DNA of 64,000 nt from Chrysomallon squamiferum (Eukaryota; Animalia; Mollusca), in the NCBI GenBank assembly GCA_012295275.1, contig CM022679.1, positions 24,242,001 to 24,306,000 on the forward strand, in the 5' to 3' direction. Shown one piece after another: positions 1 to 23,508 of the stretch (positions are counted from its first letter, which is position 1; every line of letters starts with the position of its first letter). The notes beneath the pieces are model-generated. The model saw nothing but the letters and a program-made list of their open reading frames with translations. It ran no database searches and was not told the origin of the DNA. Both the position numbers and the translations under genes were made by a program.

Positions 1-627
1 ACGAAGACACAAGTTTCTTAAAGAAATACAAATACGCGAGAAAATAACAAAATGATTGACATCACCACCTGGTATTCCACATACCCACACACTCACACAC
101 ACACACACACACACACAATGCATATATGAAGAAACACAAAAAAATATACACATACAAAAACACACAGAGAAAATGCATATACATACACACATTGATAGAA
201 ATATACAAACACATAGATAGAAATAGACATACACATACGATATACAATGTTTTGTAACACAAATTGACAGCAATAAGACATCTTCCATATCAGTTATCAT
301 AGAAGGAAAATATTTGTTTACATTTCATTTTTGCGCCTGTCATTCGAATACTGGGACTGAATCTACAACTATTACAGACCGGATATATGTTGAATATGTA
401 TGTGTGTTTGTGTGTGTGTATATATATATCTATATATATATATATATACAGAGTTTATCATAGAATATACATGTAAAATATTTTTTTTATATATTTACAG
501 ATATGAGCGAAAAACTAACAATCGAATAAATTGGATGTTTGGAAAAAATTGAACATATCTGCAAGAATTCAATTTTTATTCATATGTATCTAAATAAAAA
601 TCTTCATGTCCGAGTTCTGGGACACCC

Positions 628-663
<36 letters not shown>

Positions 664-673
664 AAAGAGAGAC

Positions 674-12540
<11,867 letters not shown>

Positions 12541-12938
12541 ACAAAGTTCTTTCGGAATCCGTATTCCTTCTTACTTTTCGTTCCTTCCTTCCCTCGTATT
12601 CCTGCGGTCGTCACGCCGTCTTGATCACTCTAAGATACCCACGTCTGCTTAGCTCGAGAACCCCGCGTGTTCTAGCAGACGTCAATATCCGTCCAGCGTT
12701 TCCCAGCGCAGACGTAAAAGAGAGAAAAACGGAAAAAAGTAGCCAACTTGAGTTCCCTTCATGTCAAGACTATGAAACCGATCGTCGTCTGCGAGGCGGG
12801 GATTCGAGGAAATTCAATAAAAGAGAGAAAGGTGTTATTTTTCTCTTTAGCTTCGTAAAAACCTTTGTTTTTAATCTATGGTTTGAAACTAGAGAGAGAG
12901 AGAGAAACAGACACAGACATACATACATACATACATAC

Positions 12939-12984
<46 letters not shown>

Positions 12985-13468
12985 GAAGAGAAGAAACAGA
13001 GATAGAGAGAAAAACTGAAGAACAGAAAAAACTGAAGAACAGAAGCACAGCTATATATATATATATATATATACATACATACATAAAACATAGAACATGT
13101 ATAAAACATAATACATGAAACTGCTTAGTGTAGATTTTATGTTTCGCTCTCTGTTGAACTGGTGTTTTTTCCCCCGTTTCTTTTCATTATGAATGTTAGC
13201 ATGTGTTTTATTGACAAAGCAAACAGCACTGACACACTTCAAACATTACGTAATGTTTTTTATAGAGTGGGTGGCTAAAAGTACATAAAATGTTTTCTTT
13301 ATTGCACTCCTTCCTTCCTTACATCCTTCATACATTCACTAATCATTTATTATAATGATCATCATCATCATCATCATCAACATTAGTGGGTATAGTAGTA
13401 ACAGTAGCTGTTGTCGTTGCTTACTTTTGCAAGTTGTAGTTGTCGTTTTAATATTACATATAATAGTA

Positions 13469-13500
<32 letters not shown>

Positions 13501-13646
13501 ATTATTTATATTTTATAATTGTGTGTTTGTTTTATTATTTTTATTATTGTAGAACTTTTGTGTTTTTTTATCTATTATTATTCTTTTTCTTTATTTATAT
13601 CTTTATTTATTTATTATTAGTATGATTATTAGTATGATGATGGTTA

Positions 13647-13677
<31 letters not shown>

Positions 13678-13757
13678 ATTGTTTCTTGAAATAGATAATG
13701 ACAGTGGCAATCCTATTATTTTATTTATTTGACAGTTTTTTTATTTTATTTTTATTC

Positions 13758-13800
<43 letters not shown>

Positions 13801-14701
13801 TTGAGACACTGAACAAAGGGAGTGGCATTAAAAACAAGCCCCACTCCTCCACCGACCAAAAACCCCACCTCTGTTTCCTCTCCATCCCTACTGCAGTTTT
13901 TTTCTGGTAAACCCATTCGTTTAAGAAATGCCAGCTTTAACACGTTTCATTTCGGACATGAGGGAAAACCGTTAACTGCTGTAAGCTAAGAAATATTAAA
14001 TCTCTGTTAGAATAAATAAACACAGACTGAGTTTGTTTCTTCTGCGGTTTTGTAAAGCAAGCTTTTTAGTTTTATCTTTATTTGATTATTTTTATTTTCG
14101 TGAACGTTATTTTAACTAATGATGACATATTAAATATTCGATCGTTCGTCTATAGAATGATTTTGAACCGAAAATTTAGGTTTTTTTTTTATTAATGGTT
14201 ATTTTTTATTTCATTTTAATTATCATTTTCCCATTTCTGGATCACCACTTCATCAGTTTTGGGAACATCCCATCATTTTATCATCATTTTTCATTACTAC
14301 TACTACTACTACCACTACTATTACTACTACTACTGTTATTATTAATGTTGTTCTTATTCTTATTGTAGTTGTTGTAGTTGATCTTATTGTTGTTGTGTTT
14401 TTGAGATATATTATTTTTTTATATTATCTAAATTACGAGAATAAGAAGAAAGAAGCAGAGAAAGAAAGAAAAAGTAATGAAAGAATGAAGAAGAAAGAAA
14501 AAGTTGAAATAAAAAGGAAGGATGAATTTTTGAAAACAGCAAAAGCAAGAATCATTATAAATCATTATTAAAAAAATAAATAAATAATAATAATAAGTAA
14601 ATAAATAAATAAATAAATACGAAAGCAACAGAAAGAAAAAAAACAAAAAAGAAGTAAATAAATAAATAAATAAATAAGAAAGCAACAGAAAGAAAAAAAT
14701 T

Positions 14702-14903
14702 ACAAAGAAGTAAATAAAAGACCAAAACACCAGAAACTAAAAGAAAAGACAAAGAAGTAAATAAAAGACCAGAAACTTAAAGAAAAGACAAAGAAGTAAA
14801 TAAAAGACCAGAAACTAAAAGAAAAGACAAAGAAGTAAATAAAAGACCAGAAACTTAAAGAAAAGACAAAGAAGTAAATAAAAGACCAGAATCTAAAAGA
14901 AAG
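14702..14903. repeat. 39-bp minisatellite (acaaagaagtaaataaaagaccagaaactwaaagaaaag) ~5 copies
   Basis: Unit starts at 14749, 14788, 14827, 14866, plus a variant copy at 14702. Confidence 0.92.
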
Positions 14904-15321
14904 AATTAACGGTACTTGGAGCTAGCGGTACTTGAATTAACGCTACTTGCGTTTGGCTTGAGAGCGAGTTAGTGAACCCTGAAAGACGTAGATAACTTTG
15001 TAGTCAGATTAAAAGTTTGGTACTTGAAACACGCTTGGTGTCGTTAAAAACAAGTCTGATTAGAAATGTTGTCTGTTCAAAGAAAAAACAGCTAAGTCGT
15101 GTAGAGAAATAAAAATTCTTCTGCACTTTTAAATGAAGAGTTTTCTTACAAAACGACTTGGCTGTATCCAAGAAACGATAGGATATTTATGTGTTTGTAT
15201 ATTTTACTTATGTGTGGCTGTTGTTTAGCATGTTTAGAGTTACGCGCTTTTAGAAATTCGTAACTGTCTATTATTACATTCGTTTTTTTATATTTTTTAT
15301 ATTTTTAATAATGTACATTAA

Positions 15322-15422
<101 letters not shown>

Positions 15423-15696
15423 TTCAATAGGTAATTATGTAAATATGTCTGTTTACGTTCATGACAAAGCCTGTCTATTGCACCCGACACTTAGTGTTAT
15501 ATAAAAGCACTATACATCTCTCTAAAATGTTTTGCTTGGAATACCAGCCACTTGTCTACAACTGAAGTCGTTTAACATTTATTTTCTTCATCAGTTTGTT
15601 GAAAATTCTCTCGCTCTCTCTTTCTCTCTCTCTTTCTCTCTGAATGTGTGTTTGTGTTGAAAAGTATAAAATTTCACACTTTGAACACAAACACAC

Positions 15697-15786
<90 letters not shown>

Positions 15787-16093
15787 TTCCCGATAGCCGA
15801 TACTGGATAATTCGTAATTATCTTTGACTGCCACAGCACATGCAGAAAGTGTAGCATTTCTTTTCTCATTTCTCGGGAAGGTAAAAATAAAATATTAATT
15901 AATATTAATACAAGTAATAGTTAAGACTAGCTACCAGCGTCTCTGTTAAGTTGTTTTCTGTGCAAGCCGATAAATGTATTTGCTTTCATTCAGGATGGTG
16001 TATAAAAAAATCCTCCTTGCTGAAAAAAAGATCATCGCATGGGTTTCTTTTCACATAACCTGTACAGCCATTATCCATATGAATATTTACTGT

Positions 16094-16124
<31 letters not shown>

Positions 16125-16965
16125 TGATTGCATCTTTGATAAAACAACAACAACAACAAAAAGTAACAACAAACAAACAGGTCAAAACAAAAATAAACAC
16201 AAAAACCAACAAACAATATAATTTTTACTTCTTTATTAATGTCCAGTATTACCTGTAATATTTGTGTGCATTCTGAAATGAGTTATTATTGGAGTGAGGG
16301 TCGTAACCGCTGGCAACCACATGTCAAATTGATAATGTTGATTTTCGTGTCGATTTCACAACTATAATAATACGGTTGTGACCTTGTACAAAAATACTGC
16401 AAGTCTTGCATTGTTCAGTTTACACATTTATATTCAACTTACGAGTTATAAAACACGTAAATAAGCTGCATGTTATCGAGTAATTCCGTTTCCATGTGTG
16501 CGTCTGTCGTTTGTTTTGGAACGATTTGAAAAGAGGAAACATCGTTATTTATTTATTTATTTATTTATTTATTTGTTTGTTTGTTTTATACCATTCTTGA
16601 AAAAAAAAGAAAAAAATATTAAAAAGCTAAAAGTTTAGTTAGGTTTTAAGCTAAACTATTATTAATAGCGTTTGAAATGACATTTATCTGAAAAGAGACA
16701 ATGTGGATTATACTGTACATACAGAAACTGATGGAATAAATACTTTAAAAATACAAACTAATGTGCGTAGTCAGTACAACTTATATAAGTAGCAACAGAT
16801 CCATAATGATAAAATTAAACTTGTTTCGAAATAAAATCACGTGATGTTCTAAAATGTCCGAAGCTGTTAAAATAATCGGTGTAAAAACGATTTGTATTTA
16901 TTAATTTATTTTATATTTATTAATTTTCTTCTTCTTCTTCTTCTTCTTGTGCTGCTTTTTATTTT

Positions 16966-17011
<46 letters not shown>

Positions 17012-17077
17012 GATACTACTTTTATTATTATTGCTGTTGTTGCTATTATTATTATTATTATCATTATTATGATCATA

Positions 17078-17124
<47 letters not shown>

Positions 17125-17294
17125 CTTAGAATGGTTGTTTTCAAGTAACATCATGGCTGAGGTCGAGACATGAACACGATACCAGTACTCTTAGTTAATA
17201 TCAACTCGTGATACGTTTGTTAATATTTCATACTGAAAGTTAGAGGCCCCATGTTTTCCTGAAATCGTGATTTTTTTCTTCTGTACAGTGTACA

Positions 17295-17372
17295 CTATGA
17301 TTCTGATTCCTGTTCGGCTGCGTCAGATTTTATTTCTCCTTCTAACCAGTACGTGTTCATCAGTCCTTTTCC
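17295..17372 (-). CDS. rGC exon 23, terminal ([12 protein letters not shown]...stop)
   Basis: KGKGxMxTYWL motif, TAG stop. Confidence 0.94.
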   Translation of the reverse strand, partial: GKGLMNTYWLEGEIKSDAAEQESES

Positions 17373-17434
17373 CTGAATGAATATTAACAGAAATGTAAGT
17401 ACGGATAATATGGTGTGTGTGAGTGTGTGTGTGT

Positions 17435-17524
<90 letters not shown>

Positions 17525-20292
17525 CCATTCTATTAATATTTTATTTGTTTTTATAATAAAAAGCAAAATTATATGATAATAATTATAAATGATACGAATA
17601 CGTAGCAATGTTATGTGTTAAATGAATTTAAAAAACAAACAAAAAATCCTTAAAAATAAACGACATTTCAAGAAATGGTAAGAACGGAGAAACAAATGAA
17701 TACATAAGATCAAGTACGAGTTACTGACCTTTATTTCTATCGATCCCCTCTCGGCTATAGCAAATTGCTGAAACAGACTGAGGAGTTGTTTTGTATCTTC
17801 ACTAATATGGACTTTCATGGCTTTAAAGAAAAACAAAAATATATTACCCTTTCTCACAGATGAAAATTAGAATAGGAATTAAAATCTTTTTTTCACTGTA
17901 TATTTGCTAACAAGCTAAATTCAGAGGTGGATGTTTGAACTCCAGTGATTCAGAGAATCGATTCTCCGTGACGCAAATTTTCTTGTTTTATAATATATTA
18001 TAAAATATTCACTGGCTGGGTTTGATCCTCTGACTTATTACGCCTCTGCTTTTGCTGTTTAAATCATACCTTTTCCATTTGACTCCATTCTGGACGCCGT
18101 GTTGACGGTGTCACCAAACAGACAGTACATCGGCATCTTCTGACCTACTACTCCAGCACACACAGGGCCTACGTTGTAAAATACACATCTGTATTTTATA
18201 AACAATTATTATAAGATTAAAAATATCAAACGTTAAAAAAAAAAAGAAAAAAGAAATGATGAGGATCAATGCACATATCAAACATTATAATATCATCATA
18301 TAGTTATAACCATCAGCGCGTTGTCATTACAATATCCATTACATCGTCATCAGCATCATCATGACTATCGTCATCGTTTCCACAGTCTCCTTATAAGTAT
18401 TATTTTCTGTGGCTGACAGTATAATGCAGTGTTGAAAAATAAATAATTTAGCGAACAAAATCTTTTCTAACCTAACAAAAAAGATTTATAACTGAAGTTT
18501 GAAAACGTCAACATTTCTGAGATTACATTTACAACATTCGTAAATGGCTCTGTCAAACTAACAAAAATTTTTACAGTATTTTCATACTATAACTGTAAAA
18601 TAAATTTTTTGAGATCGAATTATAATTTATTAATTAGTTCTAGTAAGAATATTTAATACTGCGAACCCAGGCTACCAGAAAAAAATCGTTTATATGTGTT
18701 TTATATCTGGAACTCTAAAATGTTTTAAAACTGACTTGAATGATAAAATATATCAATGTATGAGTTACATGGATTCGATCCACTAAACTACAGAACAAGC
18801 TGTTTCACGGTATTACCTGAATGCAGACCGATTCTGAGCTGTAGGTCTTCATCGGGAAGGTGTCTGATTGTGAAGTGAGAAATATCGTCAAGTAACGCCA
18901 GCGACATCAAAGCTATCTCCTTACCGTGGTTGTCACCATTCATTATTGGAAGTCCTGAAACCACCATGTACGCATCGCCTATAGTCTGGACCTGTTTTCA
19001 AATATAATTTAAACCGTTAACTTACAACGCACATACGTATACATATAAAGAAAACAAAGTTCAGATGTTATAATGCTTACTTGAAACAAGATAAAGCTTA
19101 AAATGAAATATTCTTAGAGATCTAGACTTATTATTTTCCGTTCAAGACAGTGTCTAATAGTTACGAAAAACAAGAATGCATACTTTTTCTCATTACAGAA
19201 AGATTCTATAAAAGATAACTTCCTGCTGTTATAGAAGTATTAAATGAATGAACTGAAGAGCGACTGATGGAAGATTAAGCACTGTTCCCATAAAAATTAT
19301 GATTTTGTTAACACATTTAACACGTATATGCCATATGTGTACACACAGATACATAAACTTTTAGCAGAGCGAGAACAAAATGTATATTTTAGACAAAAAC
19401 AACAACAGCATAAGAACACAAGCAACTGCAACCCCCCCCCAAAAAAATGAAAACAAAGAAAAAAAACAACAAACAAAATAACAACACAAAAATCAAGCTG
19501 TTTATTACCTTGTATACGTCGTAGTTATCAATGATGTTGTCAAAACACGTGTAGAGATCATTCAGCAGATTAACAACCTGGTAACAGAAAACTACGTTGT
19601 TATAAGTAAATCCAGAACAGTTTATGTGGTCTCTTTATAAAGCACTACAAGAGGGAAATGGCATTGTTTGATAATACATTATCTGGAATGTGTTTGTGTG
19701 TGTTTGTTTGTTTATCTATATGAGTCTCACTATCTCTGTGTATGTGTTTCTGTGTGTGTGTGTGTGTGTTTGTTTATCTTTGTGTGTCTGTGTACATTTG
19801 AGGCCTTGTTGAAATACTTCCATTTATAAATAGCTTTGATTCTGTCATTTGTTAAATGCCTAAGAACTGTGTATCAGTTTCAGATCAATCGTTTTATTAT
19901 GCTGCTTTTATGATACTGGTGATTGTTAGAATTTCTTTAATTTTTTTCCATGTTGAATACTAATCATAATTTATTATCATCATTATTAACACTGGAATTA
20001 TTACTGTGTTAAATATTTTTTCATATTATATCATCTTCATTTTAAAAAAAATCAACCTTATCCACTAGCACAGTTTACGGATATACACACGTAAAATACT
20101 CGCCTGTATTGGCGTAGAACGAGCTGATATTGATGTGAAGCCAACGATGTCGCTGAAAAATATCGTAACGCATTTGTACGCTTCTGGTTGTACACGTTTT
20201 CCCATTTTCAAATCATCGGCAATACTCCTTCAACAGATCAGTAATTTGAGAATTAGTGATGATTAGTTTGAAAATAATAATAATAATAACAA

Positions 20293-20323
<31 letters not shown>

Positions 20324-21376
20324 AAGAAGAAGAAGAAGAAGAAGAAGAAAGGAAGGAGAAGAAAAAGAAAAACAACAACAACAAAATTGATTTCGAATAA
20401 ACAAAGACATATATTTAAATCAGGGCTAAATCCAGGATTTCTCAAATGTGAAAGGTCTTAGAGATGGAACATTGCTTTTCTTCGATAAAAAACAAAAACA
20501 AAACAACCCACAAATAAAACAAAACAACGACAATCAAATGATAATTTATAACAAAATAAAACAGTTAAGCCACGCACTTGGGTAGGATCTGATACAGCAG
20601 TGATTCTGATTTCTTCTTCTCCTCTACCAGTTCCGTGGTTTTCTCGTCTACCAGTTGTTCCAGGTTGTTAGCATACTGCTCCATTCTGTGCATCAAATTG
20701 TCTACCAGGTTTGTGGACAGATGGAGATCACTGCAGATGGAGAGAAAAAAAGAAGTTTACTATAAAGAACTTACACTGGGTTGTTGATAGTTCTAATTAT
20801 TTGTCGTATAGTTTGAATGAATTCATGTGCTTGTTTAGTTTGTTTTATGATGAGCAATCTTTGTTCATGATAAAGTATGACGTTGTCGTGATTAAAAATC
20901 GAGGCACCTAATTTCTCTGTAACAGATATCAGGCTTTTATTATATACATTATGTACGTGAGTGCATGTGTGTATGTGTGTGTGTGTGTCTTTCTCATATT
21001 TAATTTATTTCATATATTATAATATTTTAGCTCGTAAACTACAATATTGTAATCATTATCATTATCAATGTTTCAAATGTGAAAATCAGTCACTTACTTG
21101 GTCACGTGTTTCAGAAATGAATTGATCTCTTTAAACTGTGGTCTTTCAGCAGAAATCTCCGCCCAACATTTTATCATAAGAGGTTCCAAAGCTTTCAGAG
21201 ATGAGGGAACGTTTACGTTAGGTCGTATCAAAGGATTTGTTCCCAGTTTTAGTCTCAGAAGGATTTCTTTAAAATATCCAAAAATATTATAACATTTTGT
21301 AAAATAGGTATAAGGACATACAGATTATTTTTCTTTTTTTTAAAGCGTGATAAAATATACAATTCTGTTCGAGATA

Positions 21377-21407
<31 letters not shown>

Positions 21408-21479
21408 TATACATTGGAAAATAAAATATAAGTCAATGGATTCGTTCAGATTTTAAGACGTATGATTAGAAATATTGCG

Positions 21480-21560
<81 letters not shown>

Positions 21561-23428
21561 GCTTTTATTGTTTTTGTTTTAATAAATTTAGCTTTAAATA
21601 TTTCTAGTGTAATTTATCATCTTACTAATAGTCAAAGTACACTGCATTAAAAACGTTAGAACTGTGCCAAATGCTGTATATAAACCTTTAAAAATAATTA
21701 CCATTAATTATCTTTCTCTTAATAAAGATTGCGATATTTTTCTGTTGTATGTGTGTGTGTGTGTGTATGTGTGTTTTTGTGTGTGTGTGTGTGTTTGTGT
21801 GTATGTATATATATTACCGTCAATTCCAAGTTCATTTAATTCATTACTGAACGGTATATCTCTTGAAATGATTTCTTGCAGGATGATTCCAAAACTGTAG
21901 ACGTCGCCTTCCCGAGACCCTGCATCAGTGTCGTCTGCTCTTAAAATCTCTGGTGCGCGCCATAAACAGTCTGTGACATCAGGAAGAAAACGAAATATCA
22001 AATACAGAAATGGTTAAAATGTGTATTTGGCGATGTTAACAAAAGATCCTAATATATTTTGTTCAGTTATGCCTTTTTTATTTATGTCGTTGATATTAAT
22101 AAAAAAAGATAATACAGTAACAAGAGAGGGAGGTGTATAATGGCGTGACGTCATCTCGTATATAGAAATAAAAGAAAAAGATGATGATGATGATGATAAT
22201 GATGATGATGATGACGATAACAATAACTGTTGTTGTTGTTGACAGACACTTAATAAACCATTTTAGTTTTCTACCAAGTATTCAGATTAAAAAATAGAAA
22301 AGAATATTTACCATATTTGTATTTCTCCTGAGATGTTTCTGTCTTCATTTGTTTATAAAGGGAGCGAAGTCCGAAGTGTGAAATTTTTATTGTAAATCTG
22401 CTGTCTATCAGACACATAGAACTCGTCAGGTTACCATGGAAACCAACAGGACTGGAGTGAAGATACATCATTCCCTGTATGAAAAATAAATAAATAAATA
22501 AATAAACAAACAAACAAATAAATAAATAATAAAACGAAATATTTTACGAGATTGTGTTTACCGTTTCTGATGCAGAAAAACAATAAAATATTTGTAAGTT
22601 AAAACGTTTAGCGAAGTAAACATCCTACATTAGTTTAGTTAACCATGATTCCGATTGCCGTATCTCCGGACGTCAGGCACAATTCGTTGACGTCATTTGT
22701 TTATGACGTCATTTCTTTTATCTAAAACTTTCTAAGCATTTCAGCATTGATGAAAGTAATTACGGTTTTATTACGTTTTCTTATATGCAGAAAATTATAA
22801 TTCAGAATAATTTTACCATGCACATTAATTTTTTACCTGTGCGATGTCGGAGCATAATGAAATCGTGAATTGCACGTCTAAGTTTATATCACTGTTGTTA
22901 AGCAGATCCTAAAAAATTCGAAAAACTAAATGTATGAAAACACAATTATCAGTTAAGTAGACTCTATGAAACGCAATAAGAGGAACAAATACGTCACAAA
23001 AAGAATTATGCAGAAAATTATAAGATAACCGGATTCCATAAAACATAATAAGAAAAGTAATTAAGAGATAGAATAATTAAGCCGTCAGGAAATGATTATT
23101 AACGTTTATAAGATTATATCTGTGTACAGTGTATAAATTATTTCGACTGCTTATAATTATTCTTATGATCTTATTTCGAGGAGCGTATGTGGTTATGATC
23201 TACTTGTTTATGAAATACCTAATACCAAAACACTACATTTAAAAAACAAATAAACTAAAACACCCACAAGAATGATTGATTATATGATCGGTAATTACCA
23301 GTATGTTTCCTTTCTGACAAAATTCTACGACGAGATGTTTTTCTTTGCCATTCAGACATGCGCCGTAAAGTTTTAACAAATTGGTGTGACAAATGTCCCT
23401 CATCTGTCAAAAATACAATAATTTAAAA

Positions 23429-23508
<80 letters not shown>

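Noticed and set aside
12621-13118. 165-aa plus-strand ORF
   Set aside because: Non-ATG start, runs into GA/TA microsatellites, no homology signal; better explained as a GC-rich promoter.
14702-14903. 39-bp direct repeats as a CRISPR-like array
   Set aside because: Head-to-tail units with no unique spacers, no cas genes, eukaryotic context.
17295-17320. Cyclase C-terminus as a ligand for the neighbouring delphilin PDZ domains
   Set aside because: It ends in EQESES with no hydrophobic terminal residue, so it is not a canonical PDZ-binding motif; adjacency alone is not evidence.
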